Shown one piece after another: positions 50,023 through 61,124 of a DNA stretch of 64,000 nucleotides. The notes below the pieces were generated by a model that was given only the letters and a program-made list of their open reading frames with translations, did no database searches and was not told where the DNA came from. This DNA is from Azolla caroliniana (lineage: Eukaryota > Plantae > Polypodiophyta). The DNA is taken from NCBI GenBank assembly GCA_043228905.1, contig JBHGNT010000005.1:18848001-18912000 (forward strand), read 5' to 3'. How positions within the stretch are numbered: position 1 is the first letter of the stretch; each line of letters begins with the position of its first letter. A program made the translations under genes and the position numbers.

Positions 50023-51480
50023 AGATGTCGAGGTATTCCTCGCGGATGCGTGGAATGGGGCGGGACCTCGGGGGTCTTGTACCGAAGAGCAAGAGAGAAA
50101 GGAGAAGGGAGGGGACCCACTACGTGCGAGCGTAGATTCACAGGGACACGGCCCTTCGATACAAAGACGCGAGTGGGACGCAGACATCGAGGGACACGAA
50201 TGTATGTAAATATATATATTAACAAACAAACAACAAGAAGCACGAAGTCTGTTACAACCGAACAGGCCGGCGAATAGATGCCGATGCTTGTTCGTAAACG
50301 CACAGAAAGGAAAGAGTAGGTTGGAGGTGCTGCCGGAAGCACTCGGGCATTCCTCAGAGCAGCGCGAGCCTCCCGAAACCTGCACAGCAAGAAGCTACGG
50401 AGTTTGTGAGCCAGAGAGAGAGAGAAGCCTTCGCCCACAAACCGACAACACTTCGTCCTCGACTCTCCACGATGCCTTCCTCTTCCTCGTCTCCCTCCTT
50501 TTATAGGCAAGAAGGGAGCCGTTTCCTATTAACTTCCTACCTACCGAATCTACCTACCTCGGATCTTCCATGTCCCTAATTCTCTCTCATGTACAACATA
50601 AGGCGTACGTGCATGAAGAGTCGGTTCCTATGCTCCGGCGCACCGATTCCGCTCGTGGACGGTTTTCTTCACGACAACGTGGAAACCCTAAAATGGGAAA
50701 AACCACGGGGCAGCAAGTTTTCACAATGAACAGAGATACAAGCAAAAGATTTACAAATCTCTGAGAATTAGAGTGTACCCACTTAGGATTTTGACAAGTT
50801 CCACGAAACTTTACCTCTCTTTTCGCACACTCTCGTGTCTCTTCCTACTCTCTATTTCTTCCTCGTTTCTACACTCAACCACAAAAGCTCTATACATAGT
50901 GCAACACATTCATAATGGTTGCCCTAGTGTATTTATACTCATAGACAATATGGGCTATTTACAAATGTAGTTGTTATTAGTATTATATAATGTGTATAAA
51001 TAATTAATCGGCCCGACTAGTCGGCCTTGTCTTTGACCATCCAGTTGACCCAACTTGTCAACCTTGTCTTCATTTGGAGCATTTATCAATGTAAATGACT
51101 ATCATAGTCAGCTCTCAATCCCCTCCAAGAACTAGTTGACGACCCTGTCAACTAGCTGGTCGGATCCGACTGACCATCATGTATTTGGCTCATTGATTCG
51201 ACTACCGACTTCTTCCTAGACTTCGACTGTCGACTTCTCCCATAGGAGGGAAAAATTCCTAACAATAAAATGGTTAGATAGAGTAGTAACGATTTTCTAT
51301 TCTTGACATAACTGTTCATGCGCCCTATAAAAAGGGACATGTAATCTTGTAAAAGTTTTATCGGTTGTATCGAGGCAGTCGTCTAATAGAATCTCTGTTT
51401 TCTTATATTCTCTATCTGTCTTCTAAGCAACTTTGTTATAAACTGTGTATTGTAATTAATCTATCGGTTGTAGCGAGTCA

Positions 51481-51806
51481 GATCTTGTGTTAAGCCCATA
51501 CTACAATCCGATCAAGTACAATTTTGTGCAAACCTACCCTTATACATTGGTGTGTAGTGTAGAACTGTCATGTGCGACCCGTTGGTGTTTTCCATCCCCT
51601 TGAAAGATAAATGGGTTCAGCCACAACCGAACTTCAAGCACAAGATCTTGTGTTAAGCCCATACTACAATCCGATCAGGTACAGTTCTGTGCGAAACTAC
51701 CCTTATACATTGGTGTGTAGTGTTGAACTGTCATGTGCGACCCGTTGGTGTTTTCCATCCCCTTGAAAGATAAATGGGTTCGGCCTCAACCGAACTTCAA
51801 GCACAA
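51481..51806. repeat. ~163-bp tandem duplication, apparently spanning an LTR end and PBS-like site
   Basis: GATCTTGTGTTAAGCCC...CTTATACA-TTGGTG...CTTCAAGCACAA twice, with a few differences. Confidence 0.85.
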
Positions 51807-51944
51807 GAGGGAAAAACGGAGAACTAAACACAGAGACACATGATGTTAACGTGGAAAACCCTAAATGGGAAAAAACCACGGGAGTCCGCAGACCCCAAAC
51901 AGGATCACTATATTTAGAAAAAGTACAAGAGACTCGCAGGCAAC

Positions 51945-52345
51945 AAACCTGTCCTGTCCGACGATCAGCATGTCATCAACGTACAATAGGAGGATAAGGA
52001 AGTCTCCTTCGTCATATGTCTTCACAAAGACACAATGGTCGGCTTGCGACTTGTGGAACCCATGGTCCACCATGAAGGATTCGAATTTCTAGTACCATTG
52101 CCGGGGGGTTTGCTTCAATCCGTACAAGCTCTTCCTCATTCGACATACCAAGTTTTCTTGACCGTTCTCCATAAATCCTTCCAGTTGGTGCATGTAGATT
52201 TCTTCCTCTAATTTTCCATGCAAGAAAACTATCTTGACATCTTGTTCAATTTCCAAGTCCATGTTGGCCGCAATGCTCAACACCATCCGGATGGATGTCA
52301 TCTTCACCACCGGGGCAAATATTTCGTCAAAATCCACACCCTTTT
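51945..52345 (-). pseudogene. Copia RT fragment
   Basis: [31 protein letters not shown]. Confidence 0.88.
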
Positions 52346-55300
52346 TGTTGGGAATATGTCCCTACAATGGGAGGAGCCGATTATTTGGGCCAAGAAGTGC
52401 TGACAATCGAAGACAAGGAGGAGCCGACTGTTTTGGCAAAGAAGAGCTGACAGTCGAATACGAGGAGCCAACTGTTTGGGCCAAGTATCGATAGTTGAAG
52501 AGTCGATTGCGAGAAAGTCGACTGTGAGAGATGACAGGAAGGAGATCCAGGTCGAAGACACGACCGACTAGTCGAGCCGACCAGATGGTCAATGACCAAG
52601 CCAACTAGTCGGACCAACTGGACAGTCGACACTAGAGTCAGCTGATGGCTACTTATTATTGTATATAATAATAGTAGTGATGTGTAGTAGGGGCTACACT
52701 TGTAAATAGCCCATATAATGTATGAGTATAAATACATCTAGGGCAAACGTGTGTAGAATAGAACGTAGAACAAAAAGGGAGAGTAAGAGTGTTGTAGTGA
52801 AGCGCGAGAGGAAGAACAGTGAGAGAGTGGCACCATAGTTGTGTGTGTGAAACAACAGGCACCAGAGAGCCCCACGAGGCTGATACACTCCACAGGGAGT
52901 GTTGTAATCTTCTCTATTTGTATGTCCACTATATAGTGAAGCTCTGTTCCCATGGTTTTCCTTGTTTAGGGTTTCCACGTAAAATCTGTGTACACTGTTG
53001 TTGTGTGTGTTCCGAGTTGTGTATTTCAATGTATTCTTCTTGTGAGTTAACGATTGGTTTCTCTACAAACTGGTATCAGAGCTTGAGGTGCAAGCATGGA
53101 AGGAGGTGTGAGCAGCTTCCCAAGTATGATAGTTTTAAACTCTCAAAACTATGCGGACTAGAAGATAAAGATGGAGGACCTTCTCATAGTCAAAGACATG
53201 CACGTGCCGATCGACAGAGCAGAAATACCCATGGGGGTATTAGAGTCGGAATGGAAACTTCTTAACAGAAAGGCGGTGGCCACCATCCAACAATGCGTCG
53301 ATGTAAGTGTCCTTCATCATGTGGTGAACGACACGAATGCCCACGAGATGTGGAAGAAGTTGTCAGGTCTATATGAGAGGAAGAACGCCCTCAATAAAAC
53401 CTCACTGATGAGAAAGATCATCCGGATGAAATACATAGATGGTGAGAGCATCGTAGAACACATCAACACATTCATGGGGTATGTGAACCAACTGGTTGCA
53501 ACCAAGTTTCCCCTTGAAGATGCAATGCAGGCCATACTACTGATGTGCACATTGTCGGACAGTTGGGAGAACCTAGTGGTTACTCTCAGCACCTCATGTC
53601 AAGAAGAGAACTTGTCTCTACAAGCAGTAAAGACAAGTATCTTGAATGAGGAGATGAGAAGGAAGGACAAGGGACTCATGTTCCAGTCAAAGTCGAATGT
53701 GGCTCTACATACCGATAGAGGAAGGAACTGGCAAAGAAGTCCACAACGAAGGGACGTGTCCCACGCCAGATCGAAGTCCAGAGGTAAGCTGACATGCTTT
53801 TATTGTGGTAAACCTGGACATTTCCAGAAGGAATGCTGACACATGAAGAAAGACAAAGGGGTTTGTAATAATGTTGAACCTAGGGAGATTCCTAATGAAA
53901 AGAACACTTTGGCCATTGCTACGAGCAATGAAGAATTTCTATTCATCTGTGAACGAACAAGTGCAAATGTTGCAAGCAAAGAATGCACATGGGTGATTGA
54001 CTTCAGTGCATCTTTCCATATAACTCCATCGAGAGAGTATTTCTAGACTTACATAGCCAAAGACCATGGTTATGTTAAGGTGGGTGACAATGGAGAGTGC
54101 AAGATAGCCAGAGTCGGAAGTGTCTGCTTGACGACATCGACAAGGTGTCGACTGACTCTGAAGGATGTTTGACACGTCCCCGATATCATATTGAATCTGA
54201 TATCGACTGGAAAGATGGAGGACGAAGGCTATAGTGGTAGCTTTCATAATGGAAAGTGGAAGTTCTGTTGAGGAAATCTTCTAGTGGCCCGAGCACAGAA
54301 AGAAGGCACATTATATATAATGCATGCCCGATTGTGCAAGTCGGAAGTGAATGTGGTAGCGGACTCGGTAGGACAGATATGGCACAAGAGATTAGGCCAC
54401 ATGAGTGAGAAGGGTCTGCATCTGTTAGCCAACCAGAAAATTCTACCAGAGGTAAAGGGAGTGCACCTGGAGAAGTGTGTCGACTGCTTAGTTGGAAAGT
54501 AGAACAGAGCAACATTCCACTCAAGACCACCAAGAAGAAGAGAAGTGCCACTGGAACTAGTACACATGGATGTGTGCTATGTAGATGCTCCATCACATCG
54601 AGGCGGGCAATACTTTGTGACCTTCATCGATGACTACAGTCGGAAGTTGTGGGCTTTTGTACTAAAGTCAAAAGATCAAGTACTGTTGTATTTCAAGGAG
54701 TTCCAAGCAAGAGCCGAACGGGAGTCAAGTTGGAAGTTGAAGATTGTCTAAACCGACAATGGTGGCGAATATAGAAAGGGAAATTTGAGGAATATCGCAA
54801 GGTCCAAGGTATTCAAATCGAATACACAGTGCCGAAGACACCTAAGTTGAACGGGCTTGCAGAGAGGATGAATCGAACAATCATGGAGAGAGTAAGGAGC
54901 ATGCTCTCTCATGCTAAACTGTCGATATCATATTGGGTTGAGGCGATGTACACATCGATTTACCTGATCAACAGGTCCCCCTCAGTACCATGGAAAGGTG
55001 ATGTCCCACAAAGGGTGTTGAACCTAGGGAGGTTCCTAATGAGAACACTTTGACCATTGCTACGAGCAATGAAGAACTTCTGTTCATCTGTGAACGAACA
55101 AGTGCAAATCTTGCAAGGGAAGAATGCACATGGGTGATCGACTCCAATGCATCTTTCCATATAACTCCGTCGAGAGAGTATATCTCGACTTACATAGCCA
55201 ATGATCATGGCTATGTAAAGATGGATGATAATGGAGAGTGCAAGGTAGCTAGAGTCGAAAGTGTCTGCTTAACGACGTCGACAAGGTGTCGGCTGACTCT

Positions 55301-55970
55301 AAAGGATGTTCAACATGTCCCCGATATCAGATTGAATGTGACTTCGACTGGAAGGTTGGATGACGATGGTTATAGTGGTAGCTTTCAAAATGGCAATTGG
55401 AAGTTCTACTGAGGAAACCTCATAGTGGCCCGAGCACAGAAAGAAAGCACATTGTATATGATGCATGCCCGAATGTGCAAGTCGGAAGTGAATGTGGCAG
55501 GGGACTCGGCAAGAGAGATATGGCACAAGAGATTAGGCCATATGAGTGAGAAGGGGATGCATTTGTTAACCGACCAGAAACTTCTACCAGAAGTAAAGGG
55601 AGTGCACTTGGAGAAGTTTTTCAACTGCTTAGTTGGAAAGCAGAACAAAGAAGCATTCCACACAAGACCACCAAGAAGAAGAGAAGCTACACTGGAACTA
55701 GTACACACGGATGTGTGCTACATAGATGCTCCATCACATCGAGGTGGACAGTTCTTTGTGACTTTCACCGATGACTATAGTCAGAAGTTGTGGGCCTTCG
55801 TACTAAAGTCTAAAAATCAAGTACTGTCATTTTTCAAGGAGTTCTAGGCAAGAGCCGAACGGGAGTCAGGTCAGAAGCTGAAGGCTATCCAAACTGACAA
55901 TGGTGGCGAATATAAAGGGCAGTTTGAGGAATACTGCAAGGCCCATGGTATTCGAATCGAATACATTGTA
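52346..55970 (+). mobile_element. Tork/Tnt1-like copia 5' half (LTR 52346-53067, Met PBS 53071-53082, gag, duplicated PR-IN)
   Basis: CFYCGKPGHFQKEC, WVID, IWHKRLGH, LVH.DV; 53872-54830 is repeated with divergence at 55016-55968. Confidence 0.9.
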
Positions 55971-55972
55971 CT

Positions 55973-56267
55973 TGTTGAGAATCAAGCTCAACTTGGTCTA
56001 GTGTGTGAACTCCCCTTGAGAGTGAATAGACACTCCAACGGTCAAGAGTCCCCATTAAGTCACCACTTTGTATTCTAGCATTTAGTATGAGTCATAGAAT
56101 CATATTCTATGACACATAAGTTATGAGCTTTCACATTCCCCATGCTCCATGAGTCTTGTAGTTAATGAAGAGAGAGGGTGACTATATAAATCACCATCCT
56201 CCCTCCTTGTAAAGGGTTGAGTCTTTCTCCTTTGTCAATATACTTTTACCTTGCATATTCTCTGTGT

Positions 56268-56319
<52 letters not shown>

Positions 56320-56625
56320 TACACACACACATAACTCACATCTCTTTTGCTTCACAAGAATCCATCTCTTGATTCTTTACATGGTATCAGAGCGATTTGG
56401 TAGCTCCATCTAGACCATTCGCCTCATCGTGATCGTGTGTTGCGCTTCACAAGAATCCATCTCTTGATTCTTTACATGGTATCAGAGCGATTTGGTAGCT
56501 CCATCTAGACCATTCGCCTCATCGTGATCGTGTGTTGCGCTTCACAAGAATCCATCTCTTGATTCTTTACATGGTATCAGAGCGATTTGGTAGCTCCATC
56601 TAGACCATTCGCCTCATCGTGATCG
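55973..56625 (+). mobile_element. LTR (55973-56381) followed by three tandem 95-bp LTR-end plus Met-PBS units
   Basis: TGTTGAG...CTTTACA; TGGTATCAGAGC at 56382, 56477 and 56572. Confidence 0.85.
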
Positions 56626-56629
56626 CCTC

Positions 56630-58910
56630 ATTCTTGTGGTGACCTGCTGGAGGTCTACGACTTCGGCGACTACCATGTTTACTGTCGGTCGCTTATCATA
56701 GCTCTTTGCCGGACATTGATTACTATAATGTCCTTCTTGCCGGCAGTAATAGCAATATGCTTTCCGGGTATTGCTGGATTCGGCATTGTTTCCTGTACCC
56801 GGTGGAGGACCTGTGGTAACCGCGGGATTCTAGTCCGGTTGGCTGCTTGAGGTGCCTTTTTCCGGTTCACGTGGGTGGTTCCCGTTTTTGAAATGCCGTT
56901 TTTTATTAAAGTTCTTTTTGTTGCAGTACCCTTGCCGGGGTTGGTCGTTATACCTCCCGTAATCTTCCCGTCGTTGGTGATACCCGGGGGAGTGATCCCG
57001 GTTGTGATGCTCGTACCGTCCATTGTAATCTCGGTACTTGTCATATCTCTTGTACTGGTCATAATTGTCTCGCCGATTGTCATACCGGACATCCTGTGCC
57101 GGTCGATATCGCTCCTCTCGCCGCCAGCGTTCGTCTTCTTCGTCTCGGTTGCTACGTGGCTCGATTTGCCGGACTGGTGGTGCTTGCCAATTCAATAAGT
57201 TATATTCGTACCGGTCCATCGTGTGGCTCGTAGATTGACAAAATAAGCAGTGTGTCCGCATGGTGCACTCCAGTGATGAGTGTCCAGAATTCAAGCAGGT
57301 CGTGCATTGGATTGCTTGCCGGAAACGGAGATCCTCATCGGTTGGTAATGCTCGTTGGAGGGCTCCCATTGTTAGCCAAGAGCTCGTTTTCTCCATTTCT
57401 CTAACCCGGTCGATGACCTGGTCGACGATGCTTGTGCGAAAGTCGATGACCATGCATACCGTTTGTAGAGGTTCCCAGAGCGCGGCTAAAAATATAGCCC
57501 GTGTTTCTTCCTTCGGAGGTGCGCGGGTAAGCTGACTGTGCATCCGTTGAAACCGGATGACAAACTGCCGAATGCTCTCCCCAGGGTCCTGCCAAATAGT
57601 ATAAAATAGGCCCATCATTTCTCTCTGGTCCACCTCCTTCTGAAAGAAGTGCAAGAATTTATCTTTCAGGTCCGCAAAGGTGGTGATGGTGCTGCGATCC
57701 TGCGTCTGGTGCCATCTAGTGGCCGGTCCTTCCTATGTCACGCCGAATTCGGCTATCTTAGATCGTTCCTTTTCGGCCGCGGTTAACCGTTGTGACACAT
57801 GGTTCGCTTCCCATGTTTGTTGAAACGCGTGAACATGAGCCTCCGCGTCCAGGTCATCCCGATATTTGGAGTACTAGAACGGCATGTCGTCATCTGGTGT
57901 CGGTACGCGAGCTGGCGGTGTCGGTGGTCTTTCCTGCTATTCCGTCGGCGTCGGAGGTCTTTGTCAGTCTTCCTTTGGTGTTGCCGGCTCGACTTCCGGC
58001 GTTGGAGGTTTTTGCCGGTCTTCTTCCGTCTCTGGAGGTTGCTCCACGTCTAGTGCCGGAGGTTCCCGGTCTGCCAACTCTAGTTCCGGTGTCGATAAGG
58101 TATCCGACTCCTCGTCCTCCGGTCCTCCTGGGGTGTCGTTACTGCTGCGATAGTTCGTATGCGCGCTGTAACCCCCTTCTGAATCCAATTCCAGCGCTGA
58201 AAATGCTTCGGATTCGCCGTCTCTTTCGGCCAAGGCCTGGAGAAGGGTTTCCGCTCCTCGGAGGCTGCTTAAGCTGCTTCCTGCGTCCGGGTAGGCATTT
58301 TGTTGCAAACGGTGCGACTCCTCCGCCACTTTCCGGATCACTTTGGAAAATGATCAATCCGTTCGGATTTCTTCCACGGCTTGCTGGAAAGCCTCTCGCC
58401 GCCTTCTCCGTTCAGCAAGTCTTCGTGCTCTCTCCGTAACTGAGTCGTCTGTTGGCCTAGTCATCCATTCCCGCCGCTGTTCACTGCGATTGTGTAGGAA
58501 TCGTGGTCGCCAAAAACTGTGTTACTCCTAGGGCTGGACAACAGCCTAACATAGGGTGTCCACTTAAGACACTTCACCAAAGGGTGGTACGGCAGAATGA
58601 CTTACGACACAACGTTTAATTAGACCTTAATCGATTACTTAGCAACACATCATTAACACGCGTTAGATATAGCAATGAGTACATAATGGTAATCAATACT
58701 GAGAGATTAATGCAATAAGTTCTATTAATTATCCGCTCCCAATTACATTGTAATCGGGCCTTTATATAGGTCTCCGGTGCGAAATACAAAACGGTGCCAA
58801 CCGGCACCTTTTCGGGATTGGTCCGGATCCGGATCGGCATATCGATTCCTATCCGTCCGTCCACATCTTCTCATATATTAATATATATATTAAGACTACT
58901 AATTACAACA
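56630..58910 (-). mobile_element. Athila/Tat-like gypsy 5' fragment: LTR ~58518-58910, Arg-type PBS, gag
   Basis: ACA-GTTTT-TGGCGACCAC PBS; gag Q..GESIRQFVIRF with several Cys/His knuckle-like motifs. Confidence 0.65.
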
Positions 58911-58949
58911 GTTCCCGAATAAACTATTCCTTTCACACTCTGGTTTGGA

Positions 58950-60043
58950 TCTCCTTAAGCCTTCTTGCCATCTGGTAACAGAACGGAGGAAGAGGACGTG
59001 GATAAGCGAGAGGCCGATTCGGCCAAGGACAAGGCAGACGTGGTCCGACCTATGACAACAACTCCCAATTCCGGCTGCAAAACGGAAGCCAACGAGGAAC
59101 CTTCACAAGAAGGGGGAGCTTCCCCGCCGACCCAAGCCGTCAAAACGCAACCGAATGCGGATATTGCGGAAAGATCGGCCACCACGAAGAAGAGTGCCGA
59201 AAGAAGATGTGTGAATCGGCTTCCACAAGCCGACAACTCACGAATTACGCGCACAATTCTGACTATGAAGAGTATAGCGAAATGTACGGGCACAACTCTG
59301 ATTACGAAGATCATGGCGGAATGTATGCACACAACTCCGATCGTGGCGGAATGTACGGGCACAACTCCGACTACGAAGATCGTAGTGGAATATATGCACA
59401 CAACTTCAACCGTGGCGGAATGTTCATGATGAAACATAGAGCAAACTCTATGTCGGCCACTACCTCAACCAGTGCCTCCGGTCCGGAAGACGTATGGTTC
59501 GTCGATTCTGGTGCCTCGAACCATATGACATCACATCAAGAATGGTTCCGAGAACTTCGAGCACCGGATCGACCTGGCTATGTCGAAACCGGAGATGACA
59601 CTACACATCCGATTCGGCACATCGGCAATGTTCCGTTCGGAAAAGAAGGTAAGCAAAATTACATTAAAAATGTCTTGCATGTATCGACCATTACGAAGAA
59701 TTTGGTCTCTGTTGGCCAAATTGTAGAGCAAGGGATGCAAGTTCGATTTAATCAAGGCGGTTGCTTCATCAAAAAAGAGGGCCGACTCATCACACGCGGA
59801 CGAAGAGAGGGCCAGATGTTCATTCTCGATTCCCACGAGATGAAATCCGCCATGTTCGCGAAAAACACGAAAGCCGACTCCGACATTGAGCTATGGCACA
59901 AGCGAATCGGCCACATCAATCTCAACAAACTCAAAGAAATGAAATCGAAAGGAGTCGTCATCGGACTCCTGACATTCAAAGAGAAGGAGATTGAAGGTGT
60001 ATGTGAAGCAACACCGACATCCATTCCCGAAAGAGCGGAACGT
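58950..60043 (+). pseudogene. Third fragment of the same copia clade (gag knuckle, protease, GAG-pre)
   Basis: CGYCGKIGHHEEEC, WFVDSGASNHMT, LWHKRIGH. Confidence 0.88.
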
Positions 60044-61124
60044 TGTCGTGAAGTTTCGCGTTCGCGTGTAGGAAGAGGCGGGACCACGGGGGTCTTGGAC
60101 CAAGGAGAGAGTGAGAGAGAGAGAGAGGCACAGAGATGCAAGCTCACAGGAAGAGATTAAGAGCAAGAAAACATGAATCCGGTTACTATAGTCAATAGCT
60201 TACAACTTGAATTGTTACAACCGGCAACCCGGTAATGGACCCTACACGGGGTCCTACTCACGCACACCGACGACAGCCACATGACTCGAAGAAACAAAAG
60301 GGGAAAGGGGAGAGAGAGACTCTGCTGGAAGCACACGGGCTGTCCATGAAGCAGAGGCAGCGAACTCCCGACACCCGTAGAGAACGACGATCGGAGGAGA
60401 GAGAGCTCGGCACTCGGTTCTGCAGCAGCACTTCGTCCTCGCCAATGTGCGATCCCTTTTCTCCCCTCTCCTCTCCTTAAATAGTTCTCAAAAGGGGGTG
60501 CCCTTTCTCCCTAGTCAAATCGCTTTATTCCTTGTCCCTTCTAACAGAGATACGCACAATCCCCTAATACATGTGTACTACTTAGTATTTACATCAACCG
60601 ATCCATTTATGAATCATGTACAAAATATCAAAATAGCAATTCATGCGCCCATCCGAGTAAGAGCCGATTCATGCGCCTTTTTCTCTGATTCCGCCTATGT
60701 CCGGTTTTCTTCACGACATCCACCCCCACCAAACCGTGCATCCACTAGCATGCGCCAAAGACGGGTAGATACCGAAGAAAACCGGCTTCACTCGTCGTTC
60801 TCCGATTCTCCGCCGGGCCCAAACTAATCGTCGTTGTCACTCCCGCTCGTAGGCTTCGGCTCGTCTTCGAACCGCTTCTTGAACGCTTTGATCCGCTTCC
60901 TGGCCACCGACACCGCTAACCGTGTCCCGTCGAGTTCTGCGAGGTGGTACGTGTCGTTGTCGTTCGCGCTCGTGACCGTGTAGGGCCCGAACCATCTCCT
61001 AGCGAACTTTCGCACCGCCTTGTGCTAATTGTCGAGGCTGTTGTCGTATACCAGGACCCAGTCGCCTTCATCGATCTTCTTTGGTCGCAACCGGTGCGAC
61101 TAGTTGAACCGGGTCTTGGTCCGT
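60044..61124 (-). mobile_element. 3' LTR (60044-60718) and integrase end of another gypsy of the Trp-primed clade
   Basis: TGTCGTGAAG...CTTCACGACA; RKFARRWFGPY..YHLAELDG homologous to 44363-44700. Confidence 0.88.

Larger units (their letters stand above)
43639..50676 (-). mobile_element. Full-length tRNA-Trp-primed non-chromovirus Ty3/gypsy (Phygy-like, by inference)
   Basis: 651-bp LTRs at 43639-44289 and 50026-50676 (about a dozen mismatches), 4-bp TSD ACGT, PBS 50005-50022, G-rich PPT, gag-PR then RT-RH-IN. Confidence 0.95.
43506..51264 (-). mobile_element. 5' LTR and Met PBS of a Tork-like copia, split by the gypsy at 43639-50676
   Basis: LTR halves 43529-43638 and 50677-51264 are related to LTR 52346-53067; PBS TGGTATAAGAGC followed by TTGAGGTG as at 53071. 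Confidence 0.75.

Noticed and set aside
49983-50510. N-terminal ~175 aa of the 884-aa ORF as real protein
   Set aside because: It lies in the 5' LTR and PBS; the same frame is stopped in the 3' LTR (43740), so it is probably chance read-through.
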